Below are positions 53,604-60,796 of a stretch of 64,000 nt of DNA, piece after piece. Each line of letters begins with the position of its first letter. The stretch's first letter is position 1. Source of the stretch: a virus; the IMG/VR virus record IMGVR_UViG_3300035703_000027, positions 57,190-121,189 of that record; one strand, given 5' to 3'. The translations under genes were made by a program, and so were the position numbers. The notes beneath the pieces are model-generated. The model saw only the letters and a program-made list of their open reading frames with translations. It did not search any database and had not been told where the DNA came from.

Positions 53604-54492
53604 CGACGGCTTCTTGGGGCTGCCCTGGGTGCGCGAGGGGCTCGCGTCGCGTTCCGGCGTGCCGGACTGCGCGCTGTGCGGGCCGCGCCCGCTGGAGGTG
53701 CTCATGGTGCTCCAGGGGCGCGAGATGAAGATGCGCAAGCTGTGCGAGCACCAGGAGGCCGAGCTGGCGCAGCGGGCGGCTGCGATGCAGGCGCGCTCCG
53801 CGCTGGCGGAGTGGCAGGCGCGCCATGGGCGCTACGCGGTGCCGGCCGACTTTGCGGGGCGCACGCTCGACGACGTGGATCCGTCCTGTGCGGGCTCGCA
53901 GCGCGGCCTGGCCTACGCCCGGTACTACCTCGACCACTGGGACACGCTGCGCGCCGAGGGCGCCGGGATGGTGTTCCACGGGCTCGCCGAGAGCGCCCAC
54001 GGCAACCCGGGCGGCATGGGCTGCGGCAAGACCCTCGTCGCCACCGCGATCGCGGCGATGCTGGAGGCGCGCGGGGAGTCGGTGGCTTACGTGAAGTGCC
54101 GCGACCTCGCCGACGCCATGCGCGACTTTGCGAGCGGGGCGCGCGAGGCGGTGCTCGCCGCGATGCGCGGGGCGTCCCTGCTGGTGCTCGACGAGATGGT
54201 CAACGAGCACGAGACGGCCTACACGGCCCAGGCCATCATCGCGACGCTGGACCACCGCTACGAGGCGGCGCGGCCCACGCTCGTGACGACGAACTTCGAG
54301 CGCCGGGCGATCGGGCGGCACTACGAGCGGGTGCTGACCAAAGGTTCAGACGGGCACACGCCCGCGATCGCGAAGGTGATGGCGGGCCGCATGATGTCCC
54401 GCCTGACGCCGCCCCGGGCGATGTGGATCCCCTTCGACGGCCCCGACCAGCGCCTTGCACGGCGCCGGAGCTGGGGCCCTGACCACGGCTGA
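53584..54492 (+). CDS. DnaC/IstB-like AAA+ helicase loader
   Basis: N-terminal CxxC...C, GCGKT, LLVLDE, TTN. Confidence 0.85.
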   Translation: MPDLTTDDGFLGLPWVREGLASRSGVPDCALCGPRPLEVLMVLQGREMKMRKLCEHQEAELAQRAAAMQARSALAEWQARHGRYAVPADFAGRTLDDVDPSCAGSQRGLAYARYYLDHWDTLRAEGAGMVFHGLAESAHGNPGGMGCGKTLVATAIAAMLEARGESVAYVKCRDLADAMRDFASGAREAVLAAMRGASLLVLDEMVNEHETAYTAQAIIATLDHRYEAARPTLVTTNFERRAIGRHYERVLTKGSDGHTPAIAKVMAGRMMSRLTPPRAMWIPFDGPDQRLARRRSWGPDHG

Positions 54493-54504
54493 AAGGAGCC
54501 AGGC

Positions 54505-54714
54505 ATGACGCAAAGAGACGGAAGCGGCGGCGACGAGCGCCGGCGCGAGATCGGGCGGCTCGGGGGCGAGGCCACCAAGCGGACGCTGGGGCCGGCGCAC
54601 TTCAGCCGCATCGGCAAGAAGGGCGGCCAGGCGCTGCTCGCGGCCCGCGGCCGGGACTACTACGCGGCCATCGGCCGCCTCGGCGGCAAGCGCCGCAAGG
54701 AGGAGCAGGCATGA
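54505..54714 (+). CDS. KGG-repeat general-stress-type protein
   Basis: EIGRLGG, RIGKKGG, AIGRLGG. Confidence 0.8.
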   Translation: MTQRDGSGGDERRREIGRLGGEATKRTLGPAHFSRIGKKGGQALLAARGRDYYAAIGRLGGKRRKEEQA

Positions 54715-55463
54715 GCTTGAACCTGGTGGCGCTCGCAGGGCGCCTGGTGGCATCCCCGGAGCCGTTGGCGCGCCCGACGGGCGAGACGGTGGGGGCCCGC
54801 TTCATCCTGGAGACGGAGGAGCTGATTCCCGCGGAGGACGGCGGCCACAAGACGGTGGTCCACCACGCCCATGTGCGGGTGCTGGAGGCCGCGGCCGTGC
54901 CCGCCCTGGTGGCGATGCCCGCCGGCGCCACGCTGTGCGTCGTGGGCGTGTTCTTCGTGCACGAGTGGCTGACGCCGACGGGCGAGAAGAAGCGCGCGAC
55001 CTACATCCGGGCGGAGCGCTGGGGGGCGACCCTCAACCTCGCCGTCATCAAGGGCAACCTTGGGGCGGACCCCGAGTACAAGCCACTGGGCGACACGGGC
55101 CGCCACAAGGCCAGCGTCCGGCTCGCGACGAACCCCTACCTGCGCGACCCGGAGACGGGCGAGGGCTCGGACGAGCTGACGCACTGGGTGGGCGCGGACT
55201 GCTTCTGGCAGTCGAAGGCCAAGGCGATCGCAGACCACTGCGCCAAGGGCCAGGAGCTGACGGTCGTGGGCCGCTACATCGAGGAGGTGTACACGCCCAA
55301 GGAGGGCGGCGCCGCCAAGCCCTACGCGTTCGTGAAGGTGGAGCAGTTCGACTTCAGCCGCGGCGGCGCCAAGCAGGCCAGCGCCCCGGCCCCGGACGGC
55401 CAGCCGCCCCGCTACGACCGTGAGCCGGCCCCGCCGCCGGAGTTCGACGACATCCCGTTCTGA
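54711..55463 (+). CDS. ssb: Single-stranded DNA-binding protein with two OB folds
   Basis: NLV.L.GRL...P and NLA.I.GNLGADP repeats; acidic tail DDIPF. Confidence 0.85.
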   Translation: MSLNLVALAGRLVASPEPLARPTGETVGARFILETEELIPAEDGGHKTVVHHAHVRVLEAAAVPALVAMPAGATLCVVGVFFVHEWLTPTGEKKRATYIRAERWGATLNLAVIKGNLGADPEYKPLGDTGRHKASVRLATNPYLRDPETGEGSDELTHWVGADCFWQSKAKAIADHCAKGQELTVVGRYIEEVYTPKEGGAAKPYAFVKVEQFDFSRGGAKQASAPAPDGQPPRYDREPAPPPEFDDIPF

Positions 55464-55527
55464 GTATCCCCCCCCTATGCGCGCCGCGGCTTCACCACCC
55501 GCGGTCCCCTGCCCGAAGGAGAGCGCC

Positions 55528-55740
55528 ATGACCATGCACCTGCCGGCGTTGCCGGCCTACTACCCCGACCAGGCCTTCACGTGGGCCGCCCTCGTGCCGC
55601 AGCAGCGGCAAGGCCTCGAATCACGCTTCGAGGCGCTGGCCGACCAGCTCGCCCGCATCGAGGACGCCGTGCGGGCCATCCAGGAGAGCCAGGCCGTGCT
55701 GGCCCACGCCGTGATCGCCGCGCAAGGCGGTGCCGCATGA
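55528..55740 (+). CDS. Small coiled-coil protein
   Basis: AAGGAG SD. Confidence 0.5.
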   Translation: MTMHLPALPAYYPDQAFTWAALVPQQRQGLESRFEALADQLARIEDAVRAIQESQAVLAHAVIAAQGGAA

Positions 55741-56141
55741 AGGGCGTGACCGGCACCCCGACCGTTGGCGCCGTGGCGAAGCTGCTGCGCGACGCCCGCA
55801 AGGCGCGCGGCCTCACGCTGCGCAAGCTGGAGGCCATCCTCGGCATCACCTACTCGCACCTGTGCCGCATCGAGCGGGGCGACCGGAAGCTCCCGCTGGA
55901 CATGCTCGACAGGTGGTGCGCCGCGCTGGGCCTCAACCGGCTCGACGTGCGGGTGATGCTGCTCGGGGAGGATCTCGACCCGAGCGACATGCGCGAGCTG
56001 GCCCTCGCGCTGGTGCGGCGGCTGGACGAGGCCGCGGCCCAGGCGGGCGTGGCGCCGCTCGACGCGCGCACCGACCTGTTGCTGGACCTCATCCCCCCGC
56101 GCGACCGCACGGCGATCGCCAAGCGGCTGCTGGCGGTGTAG
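55737..56141 (+). CDS. XRE-family HTH regulator
   Basis: LRDARKARGLTLRKL..ILGITYSHLCRIERG. Confidence 0.85.
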   Translation: MKGVTGTPTVGAVAKLLRDARKARGLTLRKLEAILGITYSHLCRIERGDRKLPLDMLDRWCAALGLNRLDVRVMLLGEDLDPSDMRELALALVRRLDEAAAQAGVAPLDARTDLLLDLIPPRDRTAIAKRLLAV

Positions 56142-56142
56142 C

Positions 56143-57327
56143 GTGCGGGTGCTCGACACACCGCGGGCCCGGGTCTACCAGGGCTCGTGCCTCGACGTGC
56201 TCAAGGGCCTGCCGGATGCCAGCGTGGAGGTCTGCCTGACGGATCCCCCCTACGGGTTCGACCCGCTGGCGGCCGACGGCACCGAGCGCCCGGGCGACTG
56301 GGACAACGCCGACGCCCGCCGGGACCTGTCGCAAGCCGGCGACTACCACCAGCGGCGCGCCAACAGCGTGAACTACGCGCTCGGCGACGCGCGCCACGAC
56401 GCGGCGTCGTGGGGCGTGGACCCGGTGGTGGGGGGCTACGCGCAGGAGAAGGGCCTGCACCAGCTCCCGCGCTACGTGATGCCGCCGCGCGCCCTGTTCA
56501 ATTACCAGCTCTGGTGCGGGATGTGGGCGGCGGAGGTGCTGCGGGTGCTCAAGCCGGGCGGCCACCTGCTCGCATCCAACGCGCCCAAGGGCTACCACCG
56601 CATGGCGACGGGGATCGAGGATGCGGGGTTCGAGACGCGCGACACGATCCACTGGACCTACGTGCAGGGGCACCCGACGGGCGTGCGGCCGTGGCAGGCC
56701 ATCGACCGGGCGGCGGGGTTCAACCCGAAGGATCACGGCCACGTGCCACAGTCCGAGGCGGCGATCGCCCTCGCGGGCTGGCACACGGGGCTCAAGCCCT
56801 CCCACGAACTCATCGGCGTGTTCCGCAAGCCGCTGGACGGCCCCGTCCACCGCAACCTGCTGGCGCACGGGGTGGGGGCCTACCGGGTGGACGCGGAGGC
56901 CCTGCCCGACCCCCAAGGCGGGCCCGCGCGCTGGCCGGCCAACACGGTCCTGACCCACGCGCCGGGCGCCACGCCCGGGGACGTGCCGGCGGGCAGCTTC
57001 CACGCCACGGCGTGGGATCCCATCGTCTACGTGCCCAAGCCCGCGCCGCGGGAGCGGCACGGCACGGTGGAGGGCGGGCGCAACATCCACCCGACGGTCA
57101 AGCCGCTCGCCCTGTGCGCGCACCTGCTCGGCCTGACGGCCGCCCCGGGGGCGGTGGTGCTGGACCCGTTCGCGGGCAGCGGCACGACGGGCCTGGCCGC
57201 CATCCAGGGGGGCTACCGCGCCATCCTCATCGAGCGCGAGCCCCGGTACTGCGAGCTGATTCTGTCGCGCCTGTCCCAGGCGCAGTTGCCCCTGTTCGGG
57301 CAGGAGGAGACGCCATGGAGCTTTTGA
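56143..57327 (+). CDS. N6A/N4C DNA methyltransferase (beta class), copy 1
   Basis: TDPPYG near the N-terminus; HPTVKP and VLDPFAGSGTT near the C-terminus. Confidence 0.9.
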   Translation: MRVLDTPRARVYQGSCLDVLKGLPDASVEVCLTDPPYGFDPLAADGTERPGDWDNADARRDLSQAGDYHQRRANSVNYALGDARHDAASWGVDPVVGGYAQEKGLHQLPRYVMPPRALFNYQLWCGMWAAEVLRVLKPGGHLLASNAPKGYHRMATGIEDAGFETRDTIHWTYVQGHPTGVRPWQAIDRAAGFNPKDHGHVPQSEAAIALAGWHTGLKPSHELIGVFRKPLDGPVHRNLLAHGVGAYRVDAEALPDPQGGPARWPANTVLTHAPGATPGDVPAGSFHATAWDPIVYVPKPAPRERHGTVEGGRNIHPTVKPLALCAHLLGLTAAPGAVVLDPFAGSGTTGLAAIQGGYRAILIEREPRYCELILSRLSQAQLPLFGQEETPWSF

Positions 57328-57776
57328 TGTTTGCCGACCCCGGCCTCGCGAGCGAGGCGAACACGCTGGCCCTCGCGGCCCGGCGCGAGGGGTTCGGCGT
57401 GATGACCGTCAGCCTGGAGCCCGAACCCTGGTCCGCGGAGCACGCGGCGGAGGCCGTCGAGGCCATCCTGGAGGCGGACGTGGTGATTGGGCTCGTGCCG
57501 AGCGTCGCCCCGCACATGGCCTGCGGGTTCCTCGCCCTGGCCCTCGGGATGCAGGCCGAGGTGGTGCTGTGGACCGTGGAGCCCGGCACCGTCACCGGGG
57601 TGCTCGCCATGCCCCAGGTGTGGCGCCTCGCCGGCCCGGTGGAGGCCGGCACGCAGCGCTCGTACCTGAGCCTGCTCGACGTGCTCGAACTCAAGACCGC
57701 CAAGCGCACGCCCAACGCGTCGGACTGGCGCCGCCTGGTGCGCAGCACCACCGCGCGCATCGCACAGGAGGCCTGA
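57315..57776 (+). CDS. Degenerate nucleoside-deoxyribosyltransferase-like / TIR-like protein
   Basis: ILEADVVIGL...ALALG....VVLW topology; catalytic Glu not evident. Confidence 0.4.
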   Translation: MELLMFADPGLASEANTLALAARREGFGVMTVSLEPEPWSAEHAAEAVEAILEADVVIGLVPSVAPHMACGFLALALGMQAEVVLWTVEPGTVTGVLAMPQVWRLAGPVEAGTQRSYLSLLDVLELKTAKRTPNASDWRRLVRSTTARIAQEA

Positions 57777-57779
57777 GCC

Positions 57780-58172
57780 ATGGAACCGGACACCTACGGA
57801 CTGTATGACGGCACGCCCCCGCACGCGCTGGGCTCGGAGACGAGCCGGGAGGCCGCGGAGGCCGTCAAGCCCCGGGCGGCCCTGCTGCGGGCCCGCTGCC
57901 TCGCCGTGGTCGAGGCCGCCGGGCTGGAGGGCGCGACGTGCGACGAGGTGGAGGCGGCCACGGGGCTGCTGCACCAGTCGGCGTCGGCCCGCGTGCGCGA
58001 GCTGGTCCAGCTCGGGGCCATCGTGCCCAACGGCGCGCGGCGCCAGACGCGCTCCGGGCGATCGGCGCAGGTGTACGTGGCGGCGGTGTGCGCCAAGCCG
58101 GCCCCGCCGGCCAACCACGTGCCCGGCCAGCTCGCGCTGCCGCTCGACCCCTGGAACGACGTGCCCGCCTAG
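57780..58172 (+). CDS. Winged-helix DNA-binding protein
   Basis: TS.EAA, G.TCDE, QSASARVRELV, RR.TRSGR.A.V. Confidence 0.7.
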   Translation: MEPDTYGLYDGTPPHALGSETSREAAEAVKPRAALLRARCLAVVEAAGLEGATCDEVEAATGLLHQSASARVRELVQLGAIVPNGARRQTRSGRSAQVYVAAVCAKPAPPANHVPGQLALPLDPWNDVPA

Positions 58173-58212
58173 TGGCAAGAAACCGTCCGACGCACCCCCG
58201 CACCCCTATCAT
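58173..58212 (+). promoter_or_regulatory. TGGCAA-class promoter variant TGGCAAG-N27-TATCAT
   Basis: One nt shorter spacer; AAGGAG SD and ATG 58238. Confidence 0.55.
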
Positions 58213-58237
58213 CTTTGAAGCCAAGGAGCCACCCCGC

Positions 58238-58678
58238 ATGCGGTTTTACCTTGCCACCTCTTCCACCCAGGTCGATCGCGCGGATGCCGTGGCCGACGCC
58301 CTGATCGCCTGCGGGTTCACGCAGGCCTACCGCTGGACCGACACCGTGCGGGACTACGGGACGCCCGAGCAGCCCAACGGGCGCCTGCTGCAAGGCGTGG
58401 CGCTCGACGAGCTGCACCACGTGCAGGAGGCCGACGTGCTGGTGGTGCTGGAGCCGGCCGGGCCCGGCACGCATGTGGAACTCGGCGCCGCGCTCGCGGC
58501 CCGGGTGCCCGTGGTGCTCGTGGGGCCCGGCTTCGCCGGCCACAACCCGTTCTACTACCACCCGCTGGTGACGTGGGTGCAGGATGCCCCGGCGGACCTC
58601 GACGTGGCCGAGACGCTGGCGCCCCTGCTGCGCTTCCTCGTGTCGCCGGCGTTTTCATACAGGAGGGTGCACGCGTGA
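58238..58678 (+). CDS. Nucleoside 2-deoxyribosyltransferase / DNPH1-like N-glycosidase
   Basis: FYLA, DE...V.EADVLV, GT.VELG.A.A...PV. Confidence 0.75.
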   Translation: MRFYLATSSTQVDRADAVADALIACGFTQAYRWTDTVRDYGTPEQPNGRLLQGVALDELHHVQEADVLVVLEPAGPGTHVELGAALAARVPVVLVGPGFAGHNPFYYHPLVTWVQDAPADLDVAETLAPLLRFLVSPAFSYRRVHA

Positions 58679-58866
58679 CGCAGACCGTGAGGATAGCGTG
58701 CCGTGGCTGTGATGCTGAGCGGTCTGCCACCCTCCAGTGGCCCAAGTCCAACAAGCCGTTCCCGGTGGGCGCCGTCCCGGTGGAGCGCTGCCCGGTCTGC
58801 GCGCCGGGCTGTCCGCGGGTGCTGGGCATCAGCTACCGCAACCAGAGCGGGGAGATTTGGCTGTGA
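58675..58866 (+). CDS. Small Zn-ribbon protein
   Basis: CRGC and CPVC; AGGAGG SD. Confidence 0.5.
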   Translation: MTQTVRIACRGCDAERSATLQWPKSNKPFPVGAVPVERCPVCAPGCPRVLGISYRNQSGEIWL

Positions 58867-59042
58867 ACGGGTTGCTCGAACCGCTGCTGTGCGCCCTCAC
58901 CATGACGATCGCCTACGGGTGGGCTCGGTCCGCCTGGGGCGAGCCGCGCTGCCCGCGCTGCGAGTCGTCGCTGACGCACTACCCCGGCTCCAAGGTGTGG
59001 CGCTGCAACGGGTGCAGCTACGCCCGGAGGGCCACCGAGTGA
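58863..59042 (+). CDS. Small membrane-anchored Zn-ribbon protein
   Basis: CPRC...WRCNGC. Confidence 0.5.
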   Translation: MNGLLEPLLCALTMTIAYGWARSAWGEPRCPRCESSLTHYPGSKVWRCNGCSYARRATE

Positions 59043-59073
59043 CGCGCCGCGCAGCGTGGAACGGGGTGGCGTC

Positions 59074-59667
59074 ATGAGCCGCCGGTGTCTGCACTGCGGG
59101 GAACGGCTCAACGGCGGGCGCAAGCCCGTGCACCGGCGCTGTGCGCGCCACATCCTGCTCGCACCCGAAGGGGCGTACCGGCAGCTCGCGCTGCTCGACG
59201 AGCGAGGGGCGGTGGTCGCGGGCCTGCTGGTGCCCGTGCCACGCCCGCCGCGCGAGCCCCGCAGGCCGCCAGCGCGCCCGCACGCCCCCATCCGGCCCAA
59301 GTACGACTGGGACGTGGTGCTACAGCCACGCGAGCGGCAGAGCGCGCCCGCGCCGGTGGCCGTGGAGGCCTACGTCCACACGCCCGGCAAATGCGCCAAG
59401 TGCCACAAGCGGGTCCGCAACAAGGGCCGGCTCATGCACCGGCGCTGCCTGCGCGAGGCGCTGGAGCCCCCCAAGCCCAAGCCCGCCCCCCGGGTGGCCG
59501 TCAGCTACCCGGCGTCGCGGTTCTGCACCGTGTGCCGGACGCTCGACAACAGCGTGGCGCCCGCCAAGGTGTGCCGCTCGTGCGGCAACCCGACGGAGGT
59601 GTTCGACCAGGTGGTGCCGGCCGCGCCCAAGCCCCCCAAGCGGCGCCGCCGGCGCACCAACGGGTGA
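59074..59667 (+). CDS. Cys/His-rich, Pro-rich hypothetical protein
   Basis: Two C..C...HRRC repeats and CTVC...CRSC. Confidence 0.5.
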   Translation: MSRRCLHCGERLNGGRKPVHRRCARHILLAPEGAYRQLALLDERGAVVAGLLVPVPRPPREPRRPPARPHAPIRPKYDWDVVLQPRERQSAPAPVAVEAYVHTPGKCAKCHKRVRNKGRLMHRRCLREALEPPKPKPAPRVAVSYPASRFCTVCRTLDNSVAPAKVCRSCGNPTEVFDQVVPAAPKPPKRRRRRTNG

Positions 59668-59680
59668 GGGGCGCCATGCA

Positions 59681-59828
59681 CTTTACAGTGGACTTTACGG
59701 CTTTTTTTACAGCGGCGTGCGTAAACACTTTACACGCGCGGCGCGCGTTTTCGTCGCGCTGTAAAGGCGCCAAGACTCTCACGGGGACGGCCTCGCAGGC
59801 CGTAAAGTCTTGGCAGCGCGGTGTAAAG
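59681..59828. repeat. Array of CTTTAC(A/G) boxes and inverted (C/T)GTAAAG boxes
   Basis: Direct at 59681, 59693, 59706 (TTTACA) and 59728; inverted at 59760, 59801, 59822. Confidence 0.7.
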
Positions 59829-59830
59829 CC

Positions 59831-60796
59831 ATGACGCGCAAGGGCATCAAGCGCCCGGGGTCAGACCGGGGCGATCGCGAGGCGCGCATCGCCATCCTAA
59901 CCCATGCGATCACGTCTGCGGCGGCCATCGGCCACACCGTGCGCACGCGGCAGGCCATGGATTTGCTGGGTGTCTCGCGGCCGACCGCCATCGCGGACCT
60001 GAAAGAGGCGCACGCGCGGCTGGACACGGCCGTGCCGTCCGCGGGGCCCTCGGAGCCGGCGCCCCGGCCGGCGCGCACGCCGCGGCCGTTGCGGGACACC
60101 GTGGCGAAGCCGCGCGAGGCACGCGAGGCGCGCATCGGCCTGCTGGTCGAGGCCCTGCGCGAGGCCACCGCCCGCGGGGAGCGCTTCGAGACGCACCAGG
60201 CCATGGCGCTGCTCGGGGTGTCCGCCCCCACGGCGGTGAAGGATCTCAAGACGGCCCGCGAGCGGCTCGCCGTGGCGATGGTGCCGGAGGCCGCGGTCGC
60301 GGTGGTGGTGGAGCCGGCCGACATGGCAGCCCCGCACGTGGGCATCGAGCGCGCGCAGGCCATCGCCACCGGGGTGGACATGATGGGCATCCTGGCCCGC
60401 GTCGGGGACGACCTCGACCGGGTCGTGCGCGAGGTGGGCGCCGACCTGGAGCAGGTGCGCTTCTGGCTGATGGGCGGGGACGCCGGGCTGCCGCTGCCGG
60501 GGCGCTGCATGACGTGCAACCAGGCGATCGCCGACCGCATCAACCGGCAGACCCCGCCCGCGCTCATCGGCAACATGGGCGTGACCGACCTCGGGCGGAT
60601 GTACGACAGCCTCATCAAGGCGCTGCGGGCCCTCACGGAGGTGGCAGCGGAGAAGAACTCGGTGCTGGAGCAGTTCTACCACTACCAGGCGCTCCAGAAC
60701 TTCATGAGCCACACAGAGCAGGCCATCAAGGAGGTCGCCCCGCACCTGGCGGTGGCGATCGCCAAGCGCATGCGCGAGCTGGGAGAACGAGGATGA
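59831..60796 (+). CDS. Protein with two tandem HTH repeats and a helical C-terminus (regulator or small-terminase candidate)
   Basis: REARI....AM.LLGVS.PTA..DLK.A..RL occurs twice. Confidence 0.65.
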   Translation: MTRKGIKRPGSDRGDREARIAILTHAITSAAAIGHTVRTRQAMDLLGVSRPTAIADLKEAHARLDTAVPSAGPSEPAPRPARTPRPLRDTVAKPREAREARIGLLVEALREATARGERFETHQAMALLGVSAPTAVKDLKTARERLAVAMVPEAAVAVVVEPADMAAPHVGIERAQAIATGVDMMGILARVGDDLDRVVREVGADLEQVRFWLMGGDAGLPLPGRCMTCNQAIADRINRQTPPALIGNMGVTDLGRMYDSLIKALRALTEVAAEKNSVLEQFYHYQALQNFMSHTEQAIKEVAPHLAVAIAKRMRELGERG

